A DNA stretch of 64,000 nt from positions 6,258 through 70,257 of the forward strand of contig CACIOK010000002.1 in assembly GCA_902588255.1 (NCBI GenBank), in the 5' to 3' direction. Each line of letters starts with the position of its first letter. Position 1 is the stretch's first letter. This document shows positions 19,140 to 27,536 of this stretch, in pieces. The translations under genes and the position numbers were made by a program. Source of the stretch: an uncultured Pelagibacteraceae bacterium. GTDB taxonomy: Bacteria; Pseudomonadota; Alphaproteobacteria; Pelagibacterales; Pelagibacteraceae. Under the pieces are notes generated by a model. The model did not search any database. It was not told the DNA's origin and saw nothing but the letters and a program-made list of their open reading frames with translations.

Positions 19140-20081
19140 ATGTGTGGAATAGCAGGGTTAATTCATAGAGGAAAAACTTCAAACGTAGGCAAAGAACTAC
19201 AAGATATGCTTCAGGCTTTAAAACATAGAGGACCTGACTCTACAGGATATGCGCTTTACGCGAATAATGATGGCCAAAATTTTATAATGAGATTTAAAGT
19301 TGGTGAAAATGTTGGAGAAGGTAGCACTTCAGTAAATGAAGATGAAAGTGTTTACGATGAAAGAAAAAAGCTTGTAAATCAAAAACTTTCAGACTTAGGA
19401 GCATCAATTGTTAAAGAAGAAAAGTTAACCCCATATTCTTATAGATATGAAATTAAATTCGATAAAGATTTAATGGATTTTTCAAAAGCGATTGAAAGTA
19501 TTGAGAGTGTTGAAATACTTTCTATTGGAAAATCTCTTGAGCTTATAAAAGATCTTGGAGATGCTACAGCTGTTTCAGAAAGATACGGATTAAGTAAAGT
19601 ACAAGGTACGCACGGTATTGGACATGCAAGAATGGCAACTGAGTCCGGTGTAGACATTAAGTCTGCTCACCCCTTTTGGGGTTATCCTTTTGCCGACGTT
19701 TCAGTAGTTCATAATGGTCAATTAACAAATTATTGGAATAATAGAAGGGTGCTTGAAAATAAAGGTATGCGTTTTATGTCAGAGTGCGACTCTGAACTAA
19801 TTGCAGTGTTCCTTGCTGAAAAAATGAGAAATGGAGCAACATTAGAAGAAGGAATGAAACAGTCTCTTACAGGACTTGATGGTGTTTTTACTTATTTTGT
19901 AGCAACAAAAGACTCATTAGGAATGGCAAAAGATACAATGGCTGCAAAACCATTAGTACTATACGAGTCTGATGATTTGGTAGCAATGGGGTCTGAAGAA
20001 ATAGCAATTAGATCTATTCTTCCACAAGAAATTGATACTTATGATCCATTTGATGGGGAGGTTAAAGTATGGCAAATTTAA
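19140..20081 (+). CDS. mgsA: N-methylglutamate synthase subunit A (class II amidotransferase, GlxB)
   Basis: True start MCGIAG at 19140 (N-terminal Cys nucleophile), HRGPDSTG, GHARMATES, AHPF, VHNGQLTN, DSE. Confidence 0.85.
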   Translation: MCGIAGLIHRGKTSNVGKELQDMLQALKHRGPDSTGYALYANNDGQNFIMRFKVGENVGEGSTSVNEDESVYDERKKLVNQKLSDLGASIVKEEKLTPYSYRYEIKFDKDLMDFSKAIESIESVEILSIGKSLELIKDLGDATAVSERYGLSKVQGTHGIGHARMATESGVDIKSAHPFWGYPFADVSVVHNGQLTNYWNNRRVLENKGMRFMSECDSELIAVFLAEKMRNGATLEEGMKQSLTGLDGVFTYFVATKDSLGMAKDTMAAKPLVLYESDDLVAMGSEEIAIRSILPQEIDTYDPFDGEVKVWQI

Positions 20082-20923
20082 AACCTGATACAAAAAAAAC
20101 TAAAGCTCAGTCAATGGGTATGCACACTGAAGTGCTTACTGGAAAAACTCAGCAAAAATTTTTTAATCCTGACGAAGCAGAAAATTTCTTTTATTGGGGA
20201 ACTTATGATGTTGATTTTAATAAAAGAACTGAATTAGATGTTAAGGATATGGATTGTAAACTTGCAAATGAAAAAATAGATCGACTTATGAGTGAAGGTT
20301 ATGGAACAATTGTAATTAAAAACCCCCAAGGAAAACATAGTTTAGGTGTTGGAATACTAAATAAACTTAATTTAATTTTTGAAGGAAGCTTGGGATATTT
20401 TGGTGTTGGATCAATTGATGGACCGATAGTAACAGTTAAAGGACGTGTCGGCTGGTCTTGTGCTGAAAATATGATGGCTGGAAAAGTTGTTATAGAAAAA
20501 AATGCAGGATCATGTTTTGGTGCGGCTATTAGAGGAGGAGATTTAATTTGTAAAGGAAGTGTAGGAGCAAGAACTGGAATTGACCAAAAAGGTGGTTCTA
20601 TAATTGTTGGTGGAGATGCAGGTGCATTTACAGGTTTTATGATGCAAAGAGGTAGAATAGTTATTTTAGGGGATGTAGGAATTAACCTTGGAGACTCTAT
20701 GTATGATGGAACTATATATGTGGGAGGAAAAATTGGTTCATTCGGTAGTGATGCGGTAGAAGCCCCCATGACAAAAAATGATATAGAATGGTTAACTAGA
20801 AAACTTAAAGTAGCTGAAATTGGTAGTAATATTGACTTATCAAAAATGACTAAAATTGTTTCTGGTAAAAAACTTTGGAACTACGACGCTTTAGAACCAA
20901 CAGAGAAAAAAGGAGCTATATAA
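20069..20923 (+). CDS. mgsB: N-methylglutamate synthase subunit B (GXGXG beta-helix, GlxC)
   Basis: Repeated G-rich beta-helix motifs (AENMMAGKV, GARTGIDQKGG, GFMMQRG, LGDSMYDG) and C-terminal SGKKLWNY. Confidence 0.85.
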   Translation: MANLKPDTKKTKAQSMGMHTEVLTGKTQQKFFNPDEAENFFYWGTYDVDFNKRTELDVKDMDCKLANEKIDRLMSEGYGTIVIKNPQGKHSLGVGILNKLNLIFEGSLGYFGVGSIDGPIVTVKGRVGWSCAENMMAGKVVIEKNAGSCFGAAIRGGDLICKGSVGARTGIDQKGGSIIVGGDAGAFTGFMMQRGRIVILGDVGINLGDSMYDGTIYVGGKIGSFGSDAVEAPMTKNDIEWLTRKLKVAEIGSNIDLSKMTKIVSGKKLWNYDALEPTEKKGAI

Positions 20924-22311
20924 TGGCAAAGAAGAAAAATGGAAAAGCTAACGGTCACTCAAACGGTAAAAGTGATTTTGCAAAACGAAATAAAAGTTTA
21001 CTAGGTTATAATGCAATTTTTACTCCTGAGGTTATTGACGATATTCATATTAAAGCTCAGTTAGGAAGATACAGAATGCGTGGAATGGCATTGATGAAAA
21101 AAATTCCAACATTTGACGATTTGGTATTCTTGCCTGGAACTTTAACAAGATTTGTAATTGAAGGTTATAGAGAAAAGTGTGAAACAAAAACTGTAATAGG
21201 CCCAAGATGTGAAAATCCAATAGAATTAGATATTCCTGTTTATATAACTGGTATGAGTTTTGGAGCTCTTTCGTATGAAGCAAAAACTGCTCTAGCAAGA
21301 GGTGCTACAATGGCAGGATCGGCTACATGTTCAGGAGAAGGTGGTATGATACCTGATGAAAGAAGATATTCTGAAAAATGGTATTATCAATGTATTCAAT
21401 CAAGATATGGATTTAACCCTCACCACGCACAACTTGCAGATGGAATAGAAGTATTTATTGGACAAGGACAAAAAGTTGGTATGGGTGGTCACCTAATGGG
21501 TCAAAAAGTAACTGATCAAGTAGCAGAAATGAGATCATTACCAGCTGGTATCGATCAAAGATCACCTGCAAGACACCCTGACTGGTTAGGACCAGATGAT
21601 TTAGCATTAAAAGTTCAAGAGCTTAGAGAGCTAACTAAAAATAAAGTGCCAATTCAATTAAAACTTGGTGCAGCAAAAGTTTATGACGATGTTCGTATGG
21701 CTGCTAAGTGTGATCCAGACTCTATTTATTTAGATGGAATGGAAGGATCAACTGGTGCAGGACCACACATTGCAGCTGCTAATACAGGAATACCTGGAAT
21801 AGCTGCAATTAGAGAAGCAAGAAGAGCTATTGATGATGTAGGTAAAACTGGAAAAGTAACACTTATATATGCCGGAGGTGTAAGAGATGGTGCTGACATG
21901 GCAAAGGCTTTAGCTTTAGGTGCTGATGCAATAGCAATTGGAACTGGAGCTATGATAGCTCTTAACTGCAATAAAGAAATTCCAGAGTCAAATTTTGAAA
22001 AAGAAATGGGTGTTCCTGCTGGTCATTGTTATCACTGTCACACAGGTCGTTGTCCTGTTGGTGTTGCAACTCAAGATCCAAAACTTAGAAAAAGATTAAA
22101 TCCTGATGAAGCTGCTTTAAGAGTTTATAATTATTTACATACAATGACTTTGGAAGCTCAATTATTAGCAAGAGCATGTGGTAAAACAAATATTCATTCT
22201 TTAGAGCCAGAAGATATGGCTGCATTAACTATGGAAGCTTCTGCATTAGCAAAAGTTCCATTATCAGGCACAAATCATACAGTAGGAGTTGATGATTTCC
22301 ATAAAATTTAG
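20923..22311 (+). CDS. mgsC: N-methylglutamate synthase subunit C (FMN glutamate-synthase domain, GlxD)
   Basis: GMSFGALS, SGEGGM, GQGQKVGMGGHL, DQRSPARHPDWLGPDDL, Fe-S motif CYHCHTGRCPVGVATQDP. Start at 20923 via TAATG overlap. Confidence 0.88.
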   Translation: MAKKKNGKANGHSNGKSDFAKRNKSLLGYNAIFTPEVIDDIHIKAQLGRYRMRGMALMKKIPTFDDLVFLPGTLTRFVIEGYREKCETKTVIGPRCENPIELDIPVYITGMSFGALSYEAKTALARGATMAGSATCSGEGGMIPDERRYSEKWYYQCIQSRYGFNPHHAQLADGIEVFIGQGQKVGMGGHLMGQKVTDQVAEMRSLPAGIDQRSPARHPDWLGPDDLALKVQELRELTKNKVPIQLKLGAAKVYDDVRMAAKCDPDSIYLDGMEGSTGAGPHIAAANTGIPGIAAIREARRAIDDVGKTGKVTLIYAGGVRDGADMAKALALGADAIAIGTGAMIALNCNKEIPESNFEKEMGVPAGHCYHCHTGRCPVGVATQDPKLRKRLNPDEAALRVYNYLHTMTLEAQLLARACGKTNIHSLEPEDMAALTMEASALAKVPLSGTNHTVGVDDFHKI

Positions 22312-22319
22312 AGATACAT

Positions 22320-22724
22320 ATGGCAAAAAAAAAGAAAAATAAAAAGATCAAAGTAGCCAAAGGCCAACTAGGAAAAAAGAAAGAAACAGCAAGAGAAAAA
22401 ATGATTGGTCAAACTATCGGTTATAGATACGATGTAAACTTATTACCTGATTACAAAAAACTTACACCATTTTTAAAAAAATATATTGAGCATATGGGTT
22501 GGGATGATCTTAATTGGTTAGAAGATGTTCATATGGGATATGAAGAAGATAGACCAGCTGTTTTTGATAGAAATGCTAATGGTTGGGTAACAATTCCAAA
22601 AAAAATTAAATTACCTGATAATCAACAAGATAGGGATATGATCGCTCGAGAGCTACTGGTTAAGTTCCAAATGTCTCCAAACCATCCATTGGTTGATCTT
22701 AAAAAAGCTTATTTAAAATTCTAA
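22320..22724 (+). CDS. Hypothetical soluble protein co-transcribed with mgsABC
   Basis: 134 aa, 8 nt after the mgsC stop; Lys-rich N-terminus then a W/D/E-rich globular part. Confidence 0.7.
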   Translation: MAKKKKNKKIKVAKGQLGKKKETAREKMIGQTIGYRYDVNLLPDYKKLTPFLKKYIEHMGWDDLNWLEDVHMGYEEDRPAVFDRNANGWVTIPKKIKLPDNQQDRDMIARELLVKFQMSPNHPLVDLKKAYLKF

Positions 22725-22745
22725 ATATATAAAAATTTTATAAAA

Positions 22746-23510
22746 TTGAATATAATCACTTCATTTCCAAAATCCGGGAATACCTGGATGCGTTTTATAA
22801 TTTATGAACTACTTTATAATAACAAAAATGAAGAAAATAATAATTCCTTAAATATTAAAAATAAGGTTCCAGATTTACATCTATTACTAAAAATTAAAAA
22901 TAATCAATTTGTATTCGATACAGAAAAAATTGATGATTATGCTAATATTTATTTAAAAACACACTTTGGTTATAACCAAATAAAAAATTTTCCTTTAGAA
23001 AAAGTAATTATTATAATTAGAAATCCTTTAGATGTTTTTGTTTCTTTGATCAATTATTATGATATTAGCAAAGATAAGATCGATGATTTAGTTGATTTTT
23101 TTTGCGTAAACTATACTTTGCCTCGTTTTAAAAATTTTCCAAACTGGTATGAACATTTAGATGGTTGGGTAAATTCTAATTTGAAATTTGGTCTATTCAA
23201 ATATTCTGATCTTCTATATGATTTTGAAAATCAAATAATAAAATTAGGTAATTTTTTAAATATTAAAATTGATAATACAAAAATTCAAATAGTAAAAAAA
23301 AATACATCCTTTGAAAAATTAAAAAAAATTGAAATTTTTGAAAGAAACAAAAAATTAAATAGCTTCTTTAATAATGATGCTATGGGATTAGTAAAAAATT
23401 CTTTTATGAATGTTGGAAAAAATCATTATTATTCATCAGTATTAAATAAAGATCAGATTGATAAACTTGAAAAATCATTTGGTAAAGCAATTGAAAAATA
23501 TGGATTATAA
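22746..23510 (+). CDS. PAPS-dependent sulfotransferase domain protein
   Basis: 5'-PSB loop TSFPKSGNTW, LKTH, 3'-PB motif IIRNPLDVFVS, KYSDL, TSFEKLK; TTG start; very AT-rich. Confidence 0.8.
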   Translation: MNIITSFPKSGNTWMRFIIYELLYNNKNEENNNSLNIKNKVPDLHLLLKIKNNQFVFDTEKIDDYANIYLKTHFGYNQIKNFPLEKVIIIIRNPLDVFVSLINYYDISKDKIDDLVDFFCVNYTLPRFKNFPNWYEHLDGWVNSNLKFGLFKYSDLLYDFENQIIKLGNFLNIKIDNTKIQIVKKNTSFEKLKKIEIFERNKKLNSFFNNDAMGLVKNSFMNVGKNHYYSSVLNKDQIDKLEKSFGKAIEKYGL

Positions 23511-23664
23511 AATTGTAATTTTAAATTAATCTTTATACTAAACACAATCTTAAGTTGATATTTTTTTATTTTTTTGCGTCTATATTAGGTTTTTTCTAAC
23601 AGTTTAAATTGTCACAACCCATAAATTTTCATAAGGTTTGTCTAATTAATATGGGAGGAAGATT

Positions 23665-25065
23665 ATGACTGATCAATTAGGCGCTCTCACGACCATATTT
23701 ACAGAATTTTACTACTGGGTGACGGTAGTACTTATGTTTTTAATTCACGTAGGGTTCTGTATGTATGAAGTGGGCGCATCACGTTATAAACATCACCAAC
23801 ATACTTTAATGAAAAATACAATGTTAATACCTCTAGTAACGGTAACATGGTTTTTCTTTGGTTGGTGGATTTACTGGGCATTTCCAACAGGACCAGGACT
23901 AGCACCTTCAATAATGAATGAAAGTGCTGCACTAATAACAGATGAATCAACTTTTAGTGCCAAGTGGTATATGCCTAATAGCCAATTAATGGCTGTTAAT
24001 TTAGGAGATCACATCTCTGGAGTGTTCTGGGCCGCGTTCTTACTATTTTCATGGACAGCTGCATCAATCGTTTCTGGTGCTGTAATTGAAAGAATTACTA
24101 CTTTTGCTTTTGGAATTTTGGCAATAGCAATTGGTTCAGTGTTCTGGACAATCGACGCTGCTTGGGGATGGCACTTTGATGGTTGGATGTTAAAATTATT
24201 AGGATACCACGATGCTTATGCATCGGGAGTAATTCACGCAATTGCAGGAGGATTTGCTCTAGGTATCTTAGCAGTTTTAGGACCAAGAATCGGTAAATTT
24301 TCATCAAGTGGTGAACCAAGAAATATTGGACCAAGAAATCCTTGGCTTGTTACAGTTGGATTATTTTTAATTTATACTGGGTTCTGGGGATTTTATGCTG
24401 CATGTAATATACCAATATTTGATTTAGGGCCTGAATATGGTATGGAAGGCGTAACTTACTGGACTGCAACAAACATATATGTAACTCCTACTACACTTAG
24501 CGGTATTACTATGAACTTCTTGATGTCTTTATCGGGTGGTTTATTAGCAGGATATATCGTAGCTAAAGGTGATCCTTTCTGGACTTACTCAAGTGGTCTA
24601 GCAGGAATCATATGTGCATCTGCAGGAAATGACTTATATCATCCAATACAATCAATGATCATTGGTATGATCGGTGTTGTTATTGCATACAAACTTCATT
24701 ATTGGGTTGAACGTAAGTTCAAAATTGATGATGCTGTTGGAGCTGTAGCAGTACATGGTTATGCTGGATTTGTAGGTCTAGTAATCTGTGGATTTGTTCT
24801 AAATGGTTATCCATCATCTGGTTATAGTGTTGGAGCTATGTGGGATGGATCAAACTATGCAGCTATCAATCCTTTAGGAATGTTTATAGGTGCATTAATA
24901 ATGTTTGGACTACTTGGTTTCTTACCAGGTTGGATTATCGCTAAAATACTTCATGGAATGGGTAAACTTAGAATTCCAAGAGAAGTAGAGATAGCGGGTC
25001 TAGACTATAATATGTTGGAGGCTGCTAAAAGTGATGAAAAAGCAGTTTCCTCATCAACTAGGTAA
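23665..25065 (+). CDS. amt: Ammonium/methylamine transporter (Amt family, divergent)
   Basis: Many TM helices, SGAVIER, HDAYASGVIH, LGPRIGKF, IDDAVGAVAVHG (twin His), LRIPREVEIAGLD; GGGAGG RBS. Confidence 0.9.
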   Translation: MTDQLGALTTIFTEFYYWVTVVLMFLIHVGFCMYEVGASRYKHHQHTLMKNTMLIPLVTVTWFFFGWWIYWAFPTGPGLAPSIMNESAALITDESTFSAKWYMPNSQLMAVNLGDHISGVFWAAFLLFSWTAASIVSGAVIERITTFAFGILAIAIGSVFWTIDAAWGWHFDGWMLKLLGYHDAYASGVIHAIAGGFALGILAVLGPRIGKFSSSGEPRNIGPRNPWLVTVGLFLIYTGFWGFYAACNIPIFDLGPEYGMEGVTYWTATNIYVTPTTLSGITMNFLMSLSGGLLAGYIVAKGDPFWTYSSGLAGIICASAGNDLYHPIQSMIIGMIGVVIAYKLHYWVERKFKIDDAVGAVAVHGYAGFVGLVICGFVLNGYPSSGYSVGAMWDGSNYAAINPLGMFIGALIMFGLLGFLPGWIIAKILHGMGKLRIPREVEIAGLDYNMLEAAKSDEKAVSSSTR

Positions 25066-25076
25066 AGGAGATAAAT

Positions 25077-25298
25077 ATGGCTACAGTAACAAACTGGATA
25101 GATCATCTAAGTGCTAAAGAAGTTGCCGGAGCAGTTTATCCCGGCGTAGGCACAGAAACTGTACTAGTTATAGTTGGAATAGTTATTTGGATTGGCTGGC
25201 ATGTTTTAGCGAATATGCAGGAGTCTGAAGAACTAGAAAAATTAGCTAGAAAAAGACACAGTGCAAACGATCATAAAAGCAATATTACCGACTGGTAA
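25077..25298 (+). CDS. Small single-TM protein downstream of amt
   Basis: 73 aa, strong AAGGAG RBS, one TM helix (VLVIVGIVIWIGWHV), followed by a terminator. Confidence 0.75.
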   Translation: MATVTNWIDHLSAKEVAGAVYPGVGTETVLVIVGIVIWIGWHVLANMQESEELEKLARKRHSANDHKSNITDW

Positions 25299-25313
25299 TT
25301 AACGTTTAAATTT

Positions 25314-25338
25314 AAGGGCGCATTTTATATGCGCCCTT
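25314..25338 (+). terminator. Terminator hairpin ending the amt transcript
   Basis: Perfect 10-bp inverted repeat AAGGGCGCAT-TTTAT-ATGCGCCCTT, 15 nt after the stop; the U-tract does not directly follow the stem. Confidence 0.7.
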
Positions 25339-25399
25339 GAAAAAATTTTTATCTATAAAAGTTATTTAAAACAATACCAAACCCATCTATAATTTATAA

Positions 25400-26044
25400 A
25401 TGGAAAATAAAATTCAATACAGACTTATAAAAAAGTTTGGACCTTCGATATTTCATGTAAAAATTCCTGAAAATATAATTACAAAACTAAACAATTATGT
25501 GGAGGAAACAGTAAAAGATGAAAAAAAGAGTAAAGATTTAGATGTAGGGAAAAACCTTGTTGGAGATGTAACGCAGGAATTTGTACTTGAACATGATTTT
25601 ATAAAAAATTCAGGCTGGTATAATTTTTTAGCATTTTGCGTAAAACAGTGGATAAAATTAGAAACTAACAAAGAGGTTACAAAGTTTGAAGTAAAAAACT
25701 CATGGATTGTCAGACAATTTCAAAATGAATATAATCCTACTCACTGGCATGGGGGACATATTTCTGGTGCAGGCTTTTTAAAAGTTCCAACGAATATGGG
25801 TAAACACTCACAAAAAGGTAAAGAGCTTACTTATAGAGGTGGCAATTTACAGCTGATTCATGGTTCAAGAATGTTTTTGTGTCACTCTACATTAGATTTA
25901 ATTCCTTCTGTTGGTGACTTTTATTTTTTTCCAAACTATTTAATGCATACAGTCTTTCCTTTTAAAGACACAAACGAAGAAAGAAGATCTATTTCCTTTA
26001 ACGCAGTAATTGATGATGAAATATACAATGTCTATGGAAGATAA
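25400..26044 (+). CDS. Putative 2OG-Fe(II) oxygenase (TIGR02466-like)
   Basis: SWIV..NEYNPTHWH..ISGAGFLKVP..GDFYFFPNYLMHTVFPF..ERRSISFN; TATAAT-N6-ATG upstream. Confidence 0.75.
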   Translation: MENKIQYRLIKKFGPSIFHVKIPENIITKLNNYVEETVKDEKKSKDLDVGKNLVGDVTQEFVLEHDFIKNSGWYNFLAFCVKQWIKLETNKEVTKFEVKNSWIVRQFQNEYNPTHWHGGHISGAGFLKVPTNMGKHSQKGKELTYRGGNLQLIHGSRMFLCHSTLDLIPSVGDFYFFPNYLMHTVFPFKDTNEERRSISFNAVIDDEIYNVYGR

Positions 26045-26186
26045 AGAAAATATAAATAAAACTCCAAGTAAAATGGCTAGGATAGCTTGGCCTAAGGCTA
26101 AATACGGAGTAATTTTAGCTGTTATTATTATTATTACTGTTAATACAATATTTTATTGGGAAACAATTACTTCTTTTTTTAAATAA
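26028..26186 (+). CDS. Small single-TM protein below the ORF-track cutoff
   Basis: Manual translation MSMEDKENINKTPSKMARIAWPKAKYGVILAVIIIITVNTIFYWETITSFFK* (52 aa) fills the gap before gmaS. Confidence 0.55.
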   Translation: MSMEDKENINKTPSKMARIAWPKAKYGVILAVIIIITVNTIFYWETITSFFK

Positions 26187-26205
26187 AAATATGCTAGATT
26201 AATTT

Positions 26206-27531
26206 ATGCCAAAAAACTTATCATCAATAGCTAAATCCAAAAAAATTAAATACTTCTTAATTAGTTTTGTAGACTTATTTGGTGTTTTAAGATCCAAACT
26301 GGTACCTGCACAAGCAATAGGAGAAATGCAAAAAAATGGAGCTGGATTTGCTGGATTTGCAACATGGCTAGATATGACCCCGGCTGATACGGATATGTTT
26401 GCTATACCTGATCCCGATAGTTTAATTCAATTACCTTGGAATAAAGAAGTAGGTTGGTTAGCATCAGACTTGTGGATGGGCGGCAAACCGGTTAAGGCAT
26501 CGCCGAGAGTAATATTAAAAAACCAAATTGAAAAACTTTCAAAGAAAGATTTAACTATGAAGTCTGGAGTGGAATGTGAATATTTTTTAATCACACAAGA
26601 TGGTTCAAAAATAGCAGATGATAGAGATACTCAATCTAAGCCCTGTTATGATCAATCAGCATTAATGAGAAGATATGATTTAATAAAAGAGATATGTGAT
26701 TGTATGATTGAGCTTGGGTGGAATCCTTATCAAAATGATCATGAGGATGCTAATGGTCAATTTGAAATGAATTGGGATTATTCTGATAGTTTAACTACTG
26801 CGGACAGACACACTTTTTTTAAATTTATGGTTAAGACTATTGCGGAAAAACATGGCTTAAGAGCTACCTTCATGCCAAAACCTTTTGAAAATTTAACTGG
26901 AAATGGATGTCATGCCCATATTTCATTATGGAAGGACAAACAAAATAAATTTTTAGAAAATAGTGATAGACTAGGTTTAAGTAAAACTGCTTATAATTTT
27001 TTAGGTGGAATCATGAAATTAGCACAACCACTTGCAGCGTTTTTTAATCCAACAGTAAATAGCTACAGAAGAATAAACGCTCCTCCAACAAAATCAGGGG
27101 CATCCTGGTCTCCAAGTAGTATTTCTTATTCTGGAAATAATAGAACACACATGATTAGAATACCAGATCCAGGTAGATTTGAGTTACGATTGATGGATGG
27201 ATCTTCAAATCCCTATTTACTTCAAGCGGGTGTGATCGCTGCAGGCTTAGAAGGTCTTAATAATAGGACTGATCCTGGAGAACCACTCAATTGCAATATG
27301 TATACAGATTACAAAAACTATTCACATCTTAAAAAATTACCTGATGAGATTGAAGACTCAATTAAAGAGCTTGAAGATAGTAAAGAGCTAAAAGAAGCTT
27401 TTGGAGAAGATGTAATAAATAGTTACATTAAGCTAAAGAAAGAAGAAATAGATGAATTTAATAGGCAAGAATCATTTAATAAAAAAGACCCTATAACTGA
27501 TTGGGAAAGAAAAAATACCCTTGATTGTTAA
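26206..27531 (+). CDS. gmaS: Gamma-glutamylmethylamide synthetase (GlnT / type III GS)
   Basis: GmaS signatures RSKLVPA..GAGFAGFATWLDMTPA, KPCYDQSALMRRY, YQNDHEDANGQFEMNW, TGNGCHAH, SGASWSP, NNRTHMIR, RFELRLMDG. Confidence 0.9.
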   Translation: MPKNLSSIAKSKKIKYFLISFVDLFGVLRSKLVPAQAIGEMQKNGAGFAGFATWLDMTPADTDMFAIPDPDSLIQLPWNKEVGWLASDLWMGGKPVKASPRVILKNQIEKLSKKDLTMKSGVECEYFLITQDGSKIADDRDTQSKPCYDQSALMRRYDLIKEICDCMIELGWNPYQNDHEDANGQFEMNWDYSDSLTTADRHTFFKFMVKTIAEKHGLRATFMPKPFENLTGNGCHAHISLWKDKQNKFLENSDRLGLSKTAYNFLGGIMKLAQPLAAFFNPTVNSYRRINAPPTKSGASWSPSSISYSGNNRTHMIRIPDPGRFELRLMDGSSNPYLLQAGVIAAGLEGLNNRTDPGEPLNCNMYTDYKNYSHLKKLPDEIEDSIKELEDSKELKEAFGEDVINSYIKLKKEEIDEFNRQESFNKKDPITDWERKNTLDC

Positions 27532-27536
27532 AATAA

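Noticed and set aside
19140-22311. Fragmented glutamate synthase (gltB) pseudogene
   Set aside because: Three intact, translationally coupled ORFs match the normal split GlxBCD/MgsABC architecture.
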